Numbered from the stretch's first letter, positions 6,677 to 16,048 are shown. The stretch is 28,978 nucleotides of DNA from a virus (IMGVR_UViG_3300033076_000383:1-28978); one strand, 5' to 3'. The notes: generated from the letters alone by a model not told the origin. Numbers and translations are program-made.

Positions 6677-9157
6677 ATGGCAACGAATTTCGACAAGGCG
6701 ATGTACCAAGCCCCCGTGGGGCTTGAAGAAGCTGCAGCGGCTGAGCCGATCGAAGTGGAGATCGTGGACCCCGAGTCTGTCGACATCCATGCAGGCGACT
6801 TGGACATCCATCTGGAGCCCGGTGAAGCCGAAGAGGGTACGATCAACGACTTTGATGCCAACCTTGCCGAGTTCCTTCCCGATGGGGAGATAGACCAGAT
6901 GGCCGGCGACTTGGCTGGTGACATCGACAACGACAAGAACTCCCGCAAAGAGTGGGAGAAAGCCTACGTCACAGGTCTGAAACTGCTGGGCCTGCAGATC
7001 GAGGAGCGCACGGAGCCGTGGGACGGCGCGTCTGGCGTGTTCCACCCGATGATCACCGAGGCTGTTGTAAGATTCCAGTCAGAAACAATCACCGAGACGT
7101 TCCCAGCCGCAGGCCCGGTGCGTACAAAGATCATCGGCAAAGAGACTCCAGAGAAGAAAGAAGCGGCTGCGCGTGTCGAGGCTGACATGAACTACCAGCT
7201 TACTGAGGTGATGCAAGAGTTCCGTCCGGAGCACGAGCGCATGCTGTGGTCGCTGCCAGCTACCGGCTCTGCGTTCAAGAAGGTCTACTACGACCCCAGC
7301 CTTGAGCGTCAGGTGTCGATCTTCATTCCAGCCGAGGACGTCATCCTGCCCTACGGCACCTCGGACATCCAGACTTGCTACCGCGTCACCCACGTGATGC
7401 GCAAGACCAAGAACGAGATCAAGAAGCTACAAGCTGCGGGTTTCTACCGAGATGTGGAGATTGGCGAGCCGGACAAGGCCATCGACGCCATCAACCAAGC
7501 CAAGAACAAAGAGACGGGCTTCCAAGACCTCAACGACGACCGCTTCACGCTGTACGAAGCCAGTGTTGACCTGCACCTGCAGAGTGACCCGCTGTCGGAC
7601 GAGAACGAGATCATGCTGCCGTATGTGGTCACGCTGATCCGTGGCACAAACACCGTGCTGGCTATCCGCCGCAACTGGAAAGAAGACGACGAGCTGCGCC
7701 TGAAGCGCCAGCACTTCGTGCACTACCAGTACATCCCCGGCTTCGGTGCTTACGGCTTCGGCCTGTTCCACCTGATCGGTGGCTTTGCAAATTCGGCTAC
7801 CAGCCTGATGCGTCAGTTGATCGACGCTGGTACGCTGTCCAACCTGCCCGGTGGCCTCAAGAGTCGTGGCCTGCGGATCAAAGGCGATGACACACCCATC
7901 GCTCCCGGCGAGTTCCGGGATGTTGACATCGGTTCCGGAAACATCCGAGACAACATCCTGCCACTGCCTTACAAAGAGCCGTCGGGCACCTTGTACAACC
8001 TGCTGAATACCATCGTGGAAGAAGGCCGTCGCTTTGCGGCAACTGCTGATATGCAGGTCAGCGATATGTCCGCTCAGGCCCCCGTTGGTACCACGCTGGC
8101 CCTCCTCGAACGACAGCTCAAGGTGATGACAGCTGTTCAGGCGCGTGTTCACTACAGCTTGAAGCAAGAATTGCAGCTGCTGGCAGCGATCATCCGCGAC
8201 TACACAGACCCCGAGTACAGTTACGAACCTGACGGCAGCGACGATGACGCTGAAGGCCCTAGCGTCAAGCAGTCGGACTACGACCACGTTGACATCCTGC
8301 CGGTGAGCGACCCCAATGCTGCCACCCTGTCTCAGCGCGTTGTTCAGTATCAGGCCGTGATCCAGCTGGCCCAGTCGGCTCCCCAGATTTATGACCTGCC
8401 CAAACTGCACCGTGGCATGCTGGAAGTGTTGGGCATCAAGAACGCGGACAAGCTGGTACCCCTGCCGGAAGACCAGAAGCCTCGTGACCCCGTGTCCGAG
8501 AACCAATGCGTGCTCAAGGGCGAGCCGGTCAAGGCCTTCCAGTATCAAGACCATGAGTCGCACATCAAGGTGCACATGTCAGCCATGCAGGACCCCGTGA
8601 TCATGCAACTGATCGGTCAGAACCCACAGGCGCAGCAGCTGATGGCTGCCATGCAGGCACACATTGCTGAGCACGTTGGCTTCGCCTACCGCCAAAAGAT
8701 AGAGCAGCAGCTTGGCATGCCCCTGCCGCCCGAAGACGAGAAGCTGCCGCCCCAGATCGAGCTGGCGCTGTCGTCCATGATGGCCCAAGCCGCTCAGCAG
8801 GTTCTGCAGCAAAACCAAGCACAGGCTGCCCAGCAGCAAGCTCAGCAGCAGGCCCAAGACCCTGTGATCCAGCTGCAACAGCAAGAGTTGCAGATCAAGC
8901 AAGGTGAGCTGCAGCTCAAGGACAAAAAGCTCCAGATCGACGCCGCTGCCCGCGCAGACGAGCTCGAACTCAAGAAACAGGAAGTGGCTGCCAAGATGCA
9001 GCTTGACGGTTTCAAAGCCGGCCAACAGGCCACGCAGGCTGAAAAACGTCTGTCGGCTGACCAACAACGCGACGGTGTCAAGATGGGCATTGACATCGCC
9101 AAGTCCCGCCAGCAAGCCGCTGCCACCCGCAACCAACCACCGAAAGGTAAGAAATAA
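6677..9157 (+). CDS. Portal protein, P22-like with long Gln-rich C-terminal coiled coil
   Basis: 826 aa directly after TerL; HPMITEA, GSAFKKVYYD and IAPGEF motifs; Q/A-rich tail. Confidence 0.88.
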   Translation: MATNFDKAMYQAPVGLEEAAAAEPIEVEIVDPESVDIHAGDLDIHLEPGEAEEGTINDFDANLAEFLPDGEIDQMAGDLAGDIDNDKNSRKEWEKAYVTGLKLLGLQIEERTEPWDGASGVFHPMITEAVVRFQSETITETFPAAGPVRTKIIGKETPEKKEAAARVEADMNYQLTEVMQEFRPEHERMLWSLPATGSAFKKVYYDPSLERQVSIFIPAEDVILPYGTSDIQTCYRVTHVMRKTKNEIKKLQAAGFYRDVEIGEPDKAIDAINQAKNKETGFQDLNDDRFTLYEASVDLHLQSDPLSDENEIMLPYVVTLIRGTNTVLAIRRNWKEDDELRLKRQHFVHYQYIPGFGAYGFGLFHLIGGFANSATSLMRQLIDAGTLSNLPGGLKSRGLRIKGDDTPIAPGEFRDVDIGSGNIRDNILPLPYKEPSGTLYNLLNTIVEEGRRFAATADMQVSDMSAQAPVGTTLALLERQLKVMTAVQARVHYSLKQELQLLAAIIRDYTDPEYSYEPDGSDDDAEGPSVKQSDYDHVDILPVSDPNAATLSQRVVQYQAVIQLAQSAPQIYDLPKLHRGMLEVLGIKNADKLVPLPEDQKPRDPVSENQCVLKGEPVKAFQYQDHESHIKVHMSAMQDPVIMQLIGQNPQAQQLMAAMQAHIAEHVGFAYRQKIEQQLGMPLPPEDEKLPPQIELALSSMMAQAAQQVLQQNQAQAAQQQAQQQAQDPVIQLQQQELQIKQGELQLKDKKLQIDAAARADELELKKQEVAAKMQLDGFKAGQQATQAEKRLSADQQRDGVKMGIDIAKSRQQAAATRNQPPKGKK

Positions 9158-9159
9158 AC

Positions 9160-9357
9160 ATGGTCCAAGACTTCGCACGCGTATTGCGCGAACAAATACG
9201 CAAGGACATGAACAACTACGCAGATGACCTCGCTGGGGGCATCTGTCGCAACTTTGACGAGTACCAAAAACTCTGTGGGGTGATTCAAGGCCTAGCCCAA
9301 GCAGAGCGTTACATCATTGACCTTGTACAAAAATTGGAGAACTCAGATGATGAGTGA
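9160..9357 (+). CDS. Small conserved protein after portal
   Basis: EYQKLCGVIQGL motif; tight packing with neighbours. Confidence 0.75.
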   Translation: MVQDFARVLREQIRKDMNNYADDLAGGICRNFDEYQKLCGVIQGLAQAERYIIDLVQKLENSDDE

Positions 9358-9784
9358 ATCAGGACTGATCCTGCCCCCCGGCATTTCTTTGCCAAAAGCG
9401 ATCCAACCCAAAGAAGAGCAAGACGAAAGCATTGCCCCCGAGGACAAAGCCAAGTCGCTGCCCGAACCTACCGGCTGGAAAATTCTTTGTGTTGTTCCTG
9501 ACGTCTCCGAGACGTACGAGAACTCCAACATCGTCAAAGCTGACTCGTTCATGAAGACCGAAGAGCACGCCACCACGGTGCTGTTCGTGCTGAAAGTCGG
9601 ACCAGATGCGTACAAAGACACGACCAAATTCCCAAGCGGCGCTTGGTGTAAAGAGGGCGACTTTGTGCTCGTGCGTACCTACTCCGGTACGCGATTCAAA
9701 ATCTTCGGCAAGGAGTTCCGTCTGCTCAATGACGACCAGATTGATGCCGTTGTTCAAGACCCTCGCGGTTTGACCCGCGCATAA
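9347..9784 (+). CDS. groES: GroES/Cpn10-like co-chaperonin
   Basis: PTGWKILCV, VLKVGPD, KEGDFVL, YSGT and LLNDDQIDAVV follow the Cpn10 pattern; GGAG RBS. Confidence 0.85.
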   Translation: MMSESGLILPPGISLPKAIQPKEEQDESIAPEDKAKSLPEPTGWKILCVVPDVSETYENSNIVKADSFMKTEEHATTVLFVLKVGPDAYKDTTKFPSGAWCKEGDFVLVRTYSGTRFKIFGKEFRLLNDDQIDAVVQDPRGLTRA

Positions 9785-9795
9785 AGGAGCTGTTG

Positions 9796-10770
9796 ATGTC
9801 AGGATTCAAATTTCCAGACGAACAGGACGATGACGTCCAAATCGAGCAAGGCCCAAACACGGACCTTGAAGTCAAGGTTGAAGCCGACGGTGGCGACGTA
9901 GAAGTCGAAATCGTTGATGACACCCCTGAAAAAGACCGAGGCCGCAAACCGTTGGAGCGAGAAGTCGCTGACCCGACGGATGAGGAAATCGACAGCTACT
10001 CCGAAGGCGTTAAAAAGCGCATCAAGGAGCTGACCCATGCTCGTCATGACGAGCGCCGTGCAAAAGAAGCTATGGCCCGCGAGAAAGCGGAACTGGAAGC
10101 CTTTGCCCAGCGCATTCATGAAGAGAACCAGCGCCTGCGCCAGTACGTCAGCACTGGGTCTGAACAGTACGCCGCATCTCAAGTGCAATTGGCCGAGACG
10201 GAAGTCGAAGCCGCCAAACGGAAGCTCAAGGAAGCGACCGAGGCTTTTGACACTGAAGGAATCATTGCCGCGCAAGAAGCGCTGCTTGACGCCAAGATGA
10301 AAGTGGTGAACGCAAAAAATTTCCGCGCCCCCGCTTTACAACCGGAAGAAAAACCGGTACAACAGCAACAAACTGAAGTATCCCGTCCGCAAATGGACGA
10401 TAAGACGCTGCGCTGGCAGGCAAAAAACCAGTGGTTCGGTGCGCCGGGATACGAAGAAATGACCAGCTTTGCGTTGGGTCTCCATCAAAAGCTGGTGAAC
10501 AACGGGGTAGACCCCCGCTCCGACAGTTACTTCGAGCAAATTGACGCTCGCATCAAGTCGACCTTCCGCGATTTTTTCGGAGAGGAAGACAAGCCGAAGT
10601 CCGGCGATGGCTCCAGAAAGCCTGCAACTGTTGTGGCTCCAGCGGCTCGCTCCGCTGGTCCCCGAAAGGTACAACTGACGACTCACCAGCTAAATCTGGC
10701 GAAGAAGTTTGGTTTAACCCCGCAGCAATACGCTGCACAAGTCGCAAAACTGGAGAAATCGAATGGCTGA
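9796..10770 (+). CDS. Probable capsid scaffolding protein
   Basis: Acidic N-terminus, long coiled coil, WQAKNQWF, C-terminal LAKKFGLTPQQYA; lies between portal and capsid. Confidence 0.75.
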   Translation: MSGFKFPDEQDDDVQIEQGPNTDLEVKVEADGGDVEVEIVDDTPEKDRGRKPLEREVADPTDEEIDSYSEGVKKRIKELTHARHDERRAKEAMAREKAELEAFAQRIHEENQRLRQYVSTGSEQYAASQVQLAETEVEAAKRKLKEATEAFDTEGIIAAQEALLDAKMKVVNAKNFRAPALQPEEKPVQQQQTEVSRPQMDDKTLRWQAKNQWFGAPGYEEMTSFALGLHQKLVNNGVDPRSDSYFEQIDARIKSTFRDFFGEEDKPKSGDGSRKPATVVAPAARSAGPRKVQLTTHQLNLAKKFGLTPQQYAAQVAKLEKSNG

Positions 10771-11212
10771 AAACCGTACACCCCGTGACCTCGTGTCCCG
10801 CGAAAAATCTGCCCGTGCTGTCTACATGCCTCCGAGCGCGTTGCCAGACCCGACCCCTGAACCCGGTTACGTGTATCGCTGGATTGCGACACATTTGCTA
10901 GGTGAAGCCCAAGCCACAAACGTGTCTACCAAGATGCGTGAAGGTTGGGAACCGGTCAAGGCTGTCGACCACCCCGAGCTGATGCTGCAAGGTAACGAGA
11001 AAACAGGTAACGTCGAAATCGGCGGACTGATGCTGTGCAAAATGTCCAAAGAACAAGCCGCTGCCCGTGACGAGTACTATCAGCGTCAGGCCGAAGCTCA
11101 GATGGCTTCTGTGGACAACAACTTCTTGCGAAACAACGATCCTCGTATGCCGCTGTTTGCTGACAGAAAGTCCAGCAGCACACGCGGGGGTTTTGGTTCA
11201 GGTTCAAAGTAA
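10763..11212 (+). CDS. Conserved head-module protein
   Basis: PGYVYRWI...REGWEPV...GGLMLCK; GGAG RBS. Confidence 0.8.
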   Translation: MAENRTPRDLVSREKSARAVYMPPSALPDPTPEPGYVYRWIATHLLGEAQATNVSTKMREGWEPVKAVDHPELMLQGNEKTGNVEIGGLMLCKMSKEQAAARDEYYQRQAEAQMASVDNNFLRNNDPRMPLFADRKSSSTRGGFGSGSK

Positions 11213-11226
11213 CATAGGAGGCCTAA

Positions 11227-11841
11227 ATGGCTAACACCGCTTCTCCCTACGGGCTGCGTCCCGTAAAGCGTGCTGATGGTATGCCCTACGCTGGCGCTAC
11301 CTCCCAGTACTTGATTGATCCCGCCGGCGAGGCGACCAACCTGTTTTATGGTCAGGTCGTCTACATTGGTGCGGATGGCTACATTGCTCTGGTGACTGGC
11401 ACCGGCGCTGACGGTACGACCAACTCGTTCCCCGGCTCTGGCACCCTGACCGGCGCTATTGGCGTGTTCGTGGGTTGTTCTTACGTCAACGCTCAAGGCC
11501 AGCAAATCTGGTCGCAGTACTATCCTGCCAACACCGCTAACGGCGGCCCGATCGTGGCTTACGTTGTGGATGATCCAAACGTGCTATTCCAAGGCCAGCT
11601 GGACGGCGCTGCCGACCAATCTGACGTTGGTGCCAACACCTACTTTGCAGCTGCTCAGAGCACCTCTACCGGTTCTACCCGTACTGGCGACTCTACCTCT
11701 GCTTTGACGGCCACCACCGTGACAACCACTGCCGCCTTCCGTCTGATGGCTTTCGTCTCCCCCGTGAGCGACAGCTACCCCGACGTGCTGGTGAAGTTCA
11801 ACCCCGGCTACCACAGCCTGACCAACGCTGTTGGCGTGTAA
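11227..11841 (+). CDS. Probable capsid decoration/cement protein
   Basis: Directly upstream of the major capsid gene; PYGLRP and VVDDPN motifs; GGAGG RBS. Confidence 0.65.
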   Translation: MANTASPYGLRPVKRADGMPYAGATSQYLIDPAGEATNLFYGQVVYIGADGYIALVTGTGADGTTNSFPGSGTLTGAIGVFVGCSYVNAQGQQIWSQYYPANTANGGPIVAYVVDDPNVLFQGQLDGAADQSDVGANTYFAAAQSTSTGSTRTGDSTSALTATTVTTTAAFRLMAFVSPVSDSYPDVLVKFNPGYHSLTNAVGV

Positions 11842-11855
11842 TAAGGAGCTAAATC

Positions 11856-12788
11856 ATGGCTATTTCTCGTTCCCAACTCCTTAAAGAGCTGTTGCCCGGT
11901 CTGAACGCTTTGTTCGGTATGGAGTACGCTCGCTACGGTGAAGAGCACAAAGAAATCTACGAAACCGAGAAATCGGAGCGTAGCTTTGAAGAAGAAACCA
12001 AGCTGTCTGGCTTTGGTTCTGCTCCTGTCAAGGCCGAAGGTTCTGCCATCGCCTATGACAACGCGCAAGAAGCGTTCACCGCTCGCTATACCCACGAGAC
12101 CATCGCTCTGGGCTTCTCCATCACTGAAGAAGCAGTGGAAGACAACCTGTACGACAGTCTGTCTGCCCGCTACACCAAGGCTCTGGCCCGTGCTATGGCT
12201 TACACCAAGCAAGTGAAGGCTGCCTCTGTCCTGAACAACGGCTTCTCTGGTTCCGCTCTGGGCGGCGACGGCGTGTCTCTGTTCGGTAACAACGGCTCTG
12301 GTACTCGCGTTGGCCACCCTCTGGTTGGCGGCGGCGTGAACTACAACAGCCCCGCTACTGGTACCGATCTGAACGAAACCGCTCTGGAAAACGCCACGAT
12401 TCAAATCGCTGCGTGGACCGATGAACGTGGTCTGTTGATCGCTGCCAAGCCTATCAAGCTGGTGATCCCGCCTGCTCTGATGTTCACGGCCAAGCGCCTG
12501 CTGGACACCGAACTGCGCGTGTCTACCGCCGACAACGACATCAACGCCTTGAAGTCCATGGGTACCATCTCTGGTGGCTACACCGTGAACCACTTCTTGA
12601 CCGACACCAACGCTTGGTTCCTGACAACCGACGTTCCTAACGGCATGAAGCACTTCGAGCGTGTTGCTCTGTCCACTTCCATGGACGGCGACTTCGACAC
12701 CGGCAACGTGCGCTACAAGGCTCGTGAGCGTTACAGCTTCGGCTGGAGCGATCCTCTGGGCATGTGGGGTTCTTCGGGTTCGACCTGA
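11856..12788 (+). CDS. Major capsid protein (Mu gpT-like family)
   Basis: AISRSQLLKELLPGLNALFG, LGFSITEEA, PIKLVIPP and KARERYSFGWSD motifs; strong codon bias; followed by a terminator. Confidence 0.92.
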   Translation: MAISRSQLLKELLPGLNALFGMEYARYGEEHKEIYETEKSERSFEEETKLSGFGSAPVKAEGSAIAYDNAQEAFTARYTHETIALGFSITEEAVEDNLYDSLSARYTKALARAMAYTKQVKAASVLNNGFSGSALGGDGVSLFGNNGSGTRVGHPLVGGGVNYNSPATGTDLNETALENATIQIAAWTDERGLLIAAKPIKLVIPPALMFTAKRLLDTELRVSTADNDINALKSMGTISGGYTVNHFLTDTNAWFLTTDVPNGMKHFERVALSTSMDGDFDTGNVRYKARERYSFGWSDPLGMWGSSGST

Positions 12789-12795
12789 TCGAGTT

Positions 12796-12825
12796 AAAAG
12801 GGGGCTTCGGCCCCCTTTTCTTTTT
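12796..12825 (+). terminator. Rho-independent terminator (possibly bidirectional)
   Basis: AAAAGGGGGC-UUCG-GCCCCCUUUU-CUUUUU. Confidence 0.92.
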
Positions 12826-12850
12826 CCTAAGTTCGCTGTATAGTGTGTTC

Positions 12851-12930
12851 AATCCGGGGTCCCCGGTGTAGCAGACTGGTCCCGGCCAGACGACATGCAG
12901 ACGGCTACACCCAAAATCGCATGTGAGGAA
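12851..12930 (+). ncRNA. Structured RNA with two pseudoknots, probably the Mu-gpT-DE motif
   Basis: Pairings 12865-72/12904-11, 12876-79/12886-89, 12854-58/12881-85 and 12893-98/12919-24; three AGAC motifs; sits downstream of a gpT-like capsid gene. Confidence 0.7.
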
Positions 12931-12935
12931 TCATC

Positions 12936-13196
12936 ATGGCTTCTACTACCTTCTCCGGCCCGGTCACCTCGACCAATGGTTTTGTTGGCTCTGTTACTGG
13001 CGCTGTCACCGGCAACGTAGCTGGCACAATCACCCTGACCGCCTACACCGTTACAAGCGCAAACGCTCTGTCTGCAAAAACTGCTGGCAAAATGATCTAC
13101 GTGTCCAACGGTGCTGCTGGTAGCCCGATCGTGGCTTTCGGTGATGGCACCAACTGGCTGCGTTGCGATACCGGCACAGCCATCGCCGCTTCCTGA
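12936..13196 (+). CDS. Small virion protein (head fibre/decoration-like)
   Basis: TTFSGPV N-terminus; G/T/A rich; GAGGA RBS. Confidence 0.75.
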   Translation: MASTTFSGPVTSTNGFVGSVTGAVTGNVAGTITLTAYTVTSANALSAKTAGKMIYVSNGAAGSPIVAFGDGTNWLRCDTGTAIAAS

Positions 13197-13211
13197 TAGG
13201 AGCATCCCATC

Positions 13212-13490
13212 ATGATGCAAACCGACGTACTTAGTGCGACGGCCACCGCTGACGGCACGATGGTGGATCAAGCCACCCGTGTCCGTGGCATTACGGTGAC
13301 GACCAGCTCCACCGCTGGTTCCGTGGTGCTCAAGGACGGCGGTTCGACCGGCACTGCTCGTATTACCGTAAACACACCCGCTGTGGCGGGCATACAGAAT
13401 GTGTTCATCCCTGCTGAGGGTGTACGCTTCTTCACGGACGTCTATGTGGATGTGACCAACGTGGCTTCTGTGACGGTGTTCTATGGCTAA
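13212..13490 (+). CDS. Small beta-rich virion protein
   Basis: AGGAG RBS; IPAEGVRF...VTVFYG pattern. Confidence 0.75.
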   Translation: MMQTDVLSATATADGTMVDQATRVRGITVTTSSTAGSVVLKDGGSTGTARITVNTPAVAGIQNVFIPAEGVRFFTDVYVDVTNVASVTVFYG

Positions 13491-13737
13491 GTCGCCCGCA
13501 TGGCAGCGCAAGGAAGGCAAGAACCCCAATGGCGGACTCAACGCCAAGGGGCGGGCCTCCTACAACAAGGCGAATCCCGGCAAGCCGGGGTTGAAAGCTC
13601 CTCAACCAGAGGGCGGCAAACGCCGAGACTCTTTCTGCGCTCGTATGGAGGGCATGAAGAAAAAGCTGACCAGCGAGAAGACAGCCAAAGACCCAAACAG
13701 TCGGATCAACAAGAGCCTAAAGGCTTGGAACTGCTGA
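13483..13737 (+). CDS. Small basic protein (DUF6321-like, from recall)
   Basis: AWQRKEGKNPNGGLNAKGRAS...RRDSFCARM...W-x-C end. Confidence 0.75.
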   Translation: MAKSPAWQRKEGKNPNGGLNAKGRASYNKANPGKPGLKAPQPEGGKRRDSFCARMEGMKKKLTSEKTAKDPNSRINKSLKAWNC

Positions 13738-13739
13738 CC

Positions 13740-13937
13740 ATGGAACACCCTATTTCTGAAACGACGAAGCACGTTGTTGATGCTTTGTCCGTAGTAACGG
13801 TGCTTGGCACCCTCATCAATATGCTGCCCTCAATCGCTGCTATTTTTACGATTGTCTGGACGGGCATTCGTATCTGGGAGACCGACACCGTTCGCGGTTG
13901 GACGGGGCGAAGGAGCGACCGTGCCGTCGACGAGTAA
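13740..13937 (+). CDS. Small membrane protein, holin-like (65 aa)
   Basis: ATG 13740 just after the upstream stop; hydrophobic LSVVTVLGTL...IAAIFTIVWTGI followed by a charged tail. Confidence 0.65.
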   Translation: MEHPISETTKHVVDALSVVTVLGTLINMLPSIAAIFTIVWTGIRIWETDTVRGWTGRRSDRAVDE

Positions 13938-14268
13938 GAAACAAGCCCGCTTCATGGCGGCTGTAGCGCACTCCCCGGAGTTCGCAAAGAAAGTAGGCGT
14001 GCCCATGTCTGTGGGCAAAGACTTTAATCAAGCGGACAAAGGCCGCAAATTTGCAAAAGGTGGTGAAATGAAAGAATCTAAAGCCATGGAAATGCGTCAC
14101 GTTGCAGCTATGAAAAAGGCTGGCGTGCCCAAAAAAATTGTCCGCGAAGAACAGGCCGAAGCCAACGCTATGTGCGGTGGCGGAAAAGTCAAGAAGATGG
14201 CCAGCGGCGGCATGACTCGTGGTGACGGTATTGCCCAGCGTGGCAAGACCAAAGGCCGGATGGTGTAA
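13921..14268 (+). CDS. Basic protein with A-x-G-G motifs, probable internal head protein
   Basis: GTG start with AGGAG at 13911-13915; MPSTSKKQARFMAAVAH. Confidence 0.75.
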   Translation: MPSTSKKQARFMAAVAHSPEFAKKVGVPMSVGKDFNQADKGRKFAKGGEMKESKAMEMRHVAAMKKAGVPKKIVREEQAEANAMCGGGKVKKMASGGMTRGDGIAQRGKTKGRMV

Positions 14269-14270
14269 GC

Positions 14271-14558
14271 ATGAGAGCCAGTCGCGGCATGGGTGCCGTT
14301 AACCCAGATAAGATGCCAAAGGCTAAGACGATCACCCGCAAGGATGATCCGAACAAGGTCGAGATGTACGCAAAAGGCGGCATGGCCAAAGGCAACTGGA
14401 TCAAAGACGCTATCAAGAAGCCCGGTGCTCTGCGTGAGTCGTTGGGCGTCAAAGCTGGCGAGACGATCCCTGCCAAAAAGCTGGCCAAGGCCGCTAGTGC
14501 CCCCGGTAAAATGGGGCAACGCGCTCGTCTGGCCAAGACCCTCAAAGGTATGAAGTAA
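14271..14558 (+). CDS. Small basic protein
   Basis: Lys-rich; WIKDAIKKPGAL...RARLAKTL. Confidence 0.75.
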   Translation: MRASRGMGAVNPDKMPKAKTITRKDDPNKVEMYAKGGMAKGNWIKDAIKKPGALRESLGVKAGETIPAKKLAKAASAPGKMGQRARLAKTLKGMK

Positions 14559-14559
14559 C

Positions 14560-15255
14560 ATGGCAACATCAGGAACCACCGCTTTTAATCTGGACTTGAC
14601 CGAGCTGGTCGAGGAGGCCTTTGAGCGTGTCGGTTCCGAGATGCGCACGGGCTACGACCTCAAGACGGCTCGCCGGTCTTTGAACCTGCTGTTCGCTGAC
14701 TGGGCAAACCGAGGCGTGAACATGTGGACGTTCGAGCAAGGCTCGATCTCCTTGGTTGCTGGCACCGCAACATACGACCTGCCGTCTGACACCGTTGACC
14801 TGTTGGAGCATGTGATCCGTACGGGTTCTGGTACGACTCAGGCCGATCTGAACATCACGCGTATCAGTGTTTCTACCTATGCGACCATCCCAACTAAGAC
14901 CTCCCAAGGCCGACCCATTCAGGTTTGGATCGAGCGTCTTCAGGAAACCCCTCGCATTACTGTTTGGCCTGTTCCAGACAATAGCCAGCCTTACACTTTT
15001 GTGTATTGGCGCATGCGTCGTATTGACGATGCTGGCAATGGCGTTAACACCATGGATGTTCCGTTTCGCTTTATCCCGTGCATGGTTGCGGGGTTGGCGT
15101 ACTACTTGGCGCTGAAGGTGCCGGGCGGCACTGAGCGCCTGCCTGTGCTTAAAGCTCAGTACGATGAGGCTTGGGACTTGGCTGCATCGGAAGACCGTGA
15201 AAAAGCAGCGGTACGTTTTGTGCCCCGCCGGATGTATCTGGGGAGCGGTACTTAA
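14560..15255 (+). CDS. Probable head-tail adaptor protein
   Basis: EEAFER...ARRSLNLL..W, YDLP, GRP, WPVPD and LAYYLA motifs. Confidence 0.7.
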   Translation: MATSGTTAFNLDLTELVEEAFERVGSEMRTGYDLKTARRSLNLLFADWANRGVNMWTFEQGSISLVAGTATYDLPSDTVDLLEHVIRTGSGTTQADLNITRISVSTYATIPTKTSQGRPIQVWIERLQETPRITVWPVPDNSQPYTFVYWRMRRIDDAGNGVNTMDVPFRFIPCMVAGLAYYLALKVPGGTERLPVLKAQYDEAWDLAASEDREKAAVRFVPRRMYLGSGT

Positions 15256-15644
15256 TGGGCAACCGGTTTGCCTCGGGTAAAAATGCGATCGCTATGTGCG
15301 ATCGCTGTGGCTTTCGTTTTAAGCTGACCGAGCTGCGCACGGAGATCATCAAGACCAAGCAGTACAACCTGCTGGTCTGTAATAACTGCTGGGACCCTGA
15401 CCACCCGCAGTTGCAGCTGGGGATGTACCCTGTGGACGATCCACAGGCGCTGCGCAATCCTCGTCGGGATACCACGTACTACACGTCGGGCATTTTGTCG
15501 GACGGTAGCCACGGTGAAGGTAGCCGAGTTTTTCAGTGGGGCTGGAACCCTGTTGGCGGAGCTAGGCTTTTTGATGACGGCATGACCCCAAATGACTTGG
15601 TTGCAACGGGAAATGTTGGTACAGTAACGGTAGTAACTGCGTAA
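15255..15644 (+). CDS. Cys4 zinc-binding virion-module protein
   Basis: CDRCGF...VCNNCWDPDHPQ...DPQAL. Confidence 0.75.
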   Translation: MGNRFASGKNAIAMCDRCGFRFKLTELRTEIIKTKQYNLLVCNNCWDPDHPQLQLGMYPVDDPQALRNPRRDTTYYTSGILSDGSHGEGSRVFQWGWNPVGGARLFDDGMTPNDLVATGNVGTVTVVTA

Positions 15645-15654
15645 GGAGCAGATC

Positions 15655-15846
15655 ATGGCTTTCACACGTGCCGCTGATGGCGTAGCTGCCAAAGGCAAAA
15701 CAAAAGGTAAGAATCTTGGCGACGCCGGCGCTAGCGTAGGCGTTCAGAAAGAAGCCAAGCCCACGGGCAACGCTGGTAAATCCAACAGCGACATGCTCAA
15801 GCTCGGTCGTAACCGCGCCAAGATCGCGGCTCAAAAGCGAGGCTGA
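15655..15846 (+). CDS. Small basic protein
   Basis: AAGGAG RBS; ADGVAAKGKTKG. Confidence 0.7.
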   Translation: MAFTRAADGVAAKGKTKGKNLGDAGASVGVQKEAKPTGNAGKSNSDMLKLGRNRAKIAAQKRG

Positions 15847-15847
15847 T

Positions 15848-16048
15848 ATGGCAACTTACCGCAACCCCACCTACAAACCGCTTGCTGAGGCTGGCACCTC
15901 CGACAACAAGAAGTCCAACAAGGACCTCAACGTGTCGATTGCCAACCGTCACAGCAACGACTATCCGGGCACCAAGACCAGCGGCATCAAAATCCGTGGT
16001 ACTGGCGCTGCCACTAAGGGCACCATGGCCCGAGGCCCGATGGCATGA
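15848..16048 (+). CDS. Small basic protein
   Basis: KTSGIKIRGTGAATKG...RGPMA; tight packing. Confidence 0.7.
   Translation: MATYRNPTYKPLAEAGTSDNKKSNKDLNVSIANRHSNDYPGTKTSGIKIRGTGAATKGTMARGPMA

Noticed and set aside
7427-8575. 382-aa minus-strand ORF opposite portal (likewise 11808-12653 and other antisense ORFs)
   Set aside because: Antisense to well-supported genes; unnatural composition
12854-12866. CCGGGG-T-CCCCGG as a stand-alone hairpin
   Set aside because: The 1-nt loop is sterically impossible at full length, and it competes with the better-supported pseudoknot; at most an alternative conformer
13500-13739. N-terminal part of the 145-aa ORF 13500-13937
   Set aside because: Overlaps the 13483-13737 gene in another frame; the real start is probably ATG 13740
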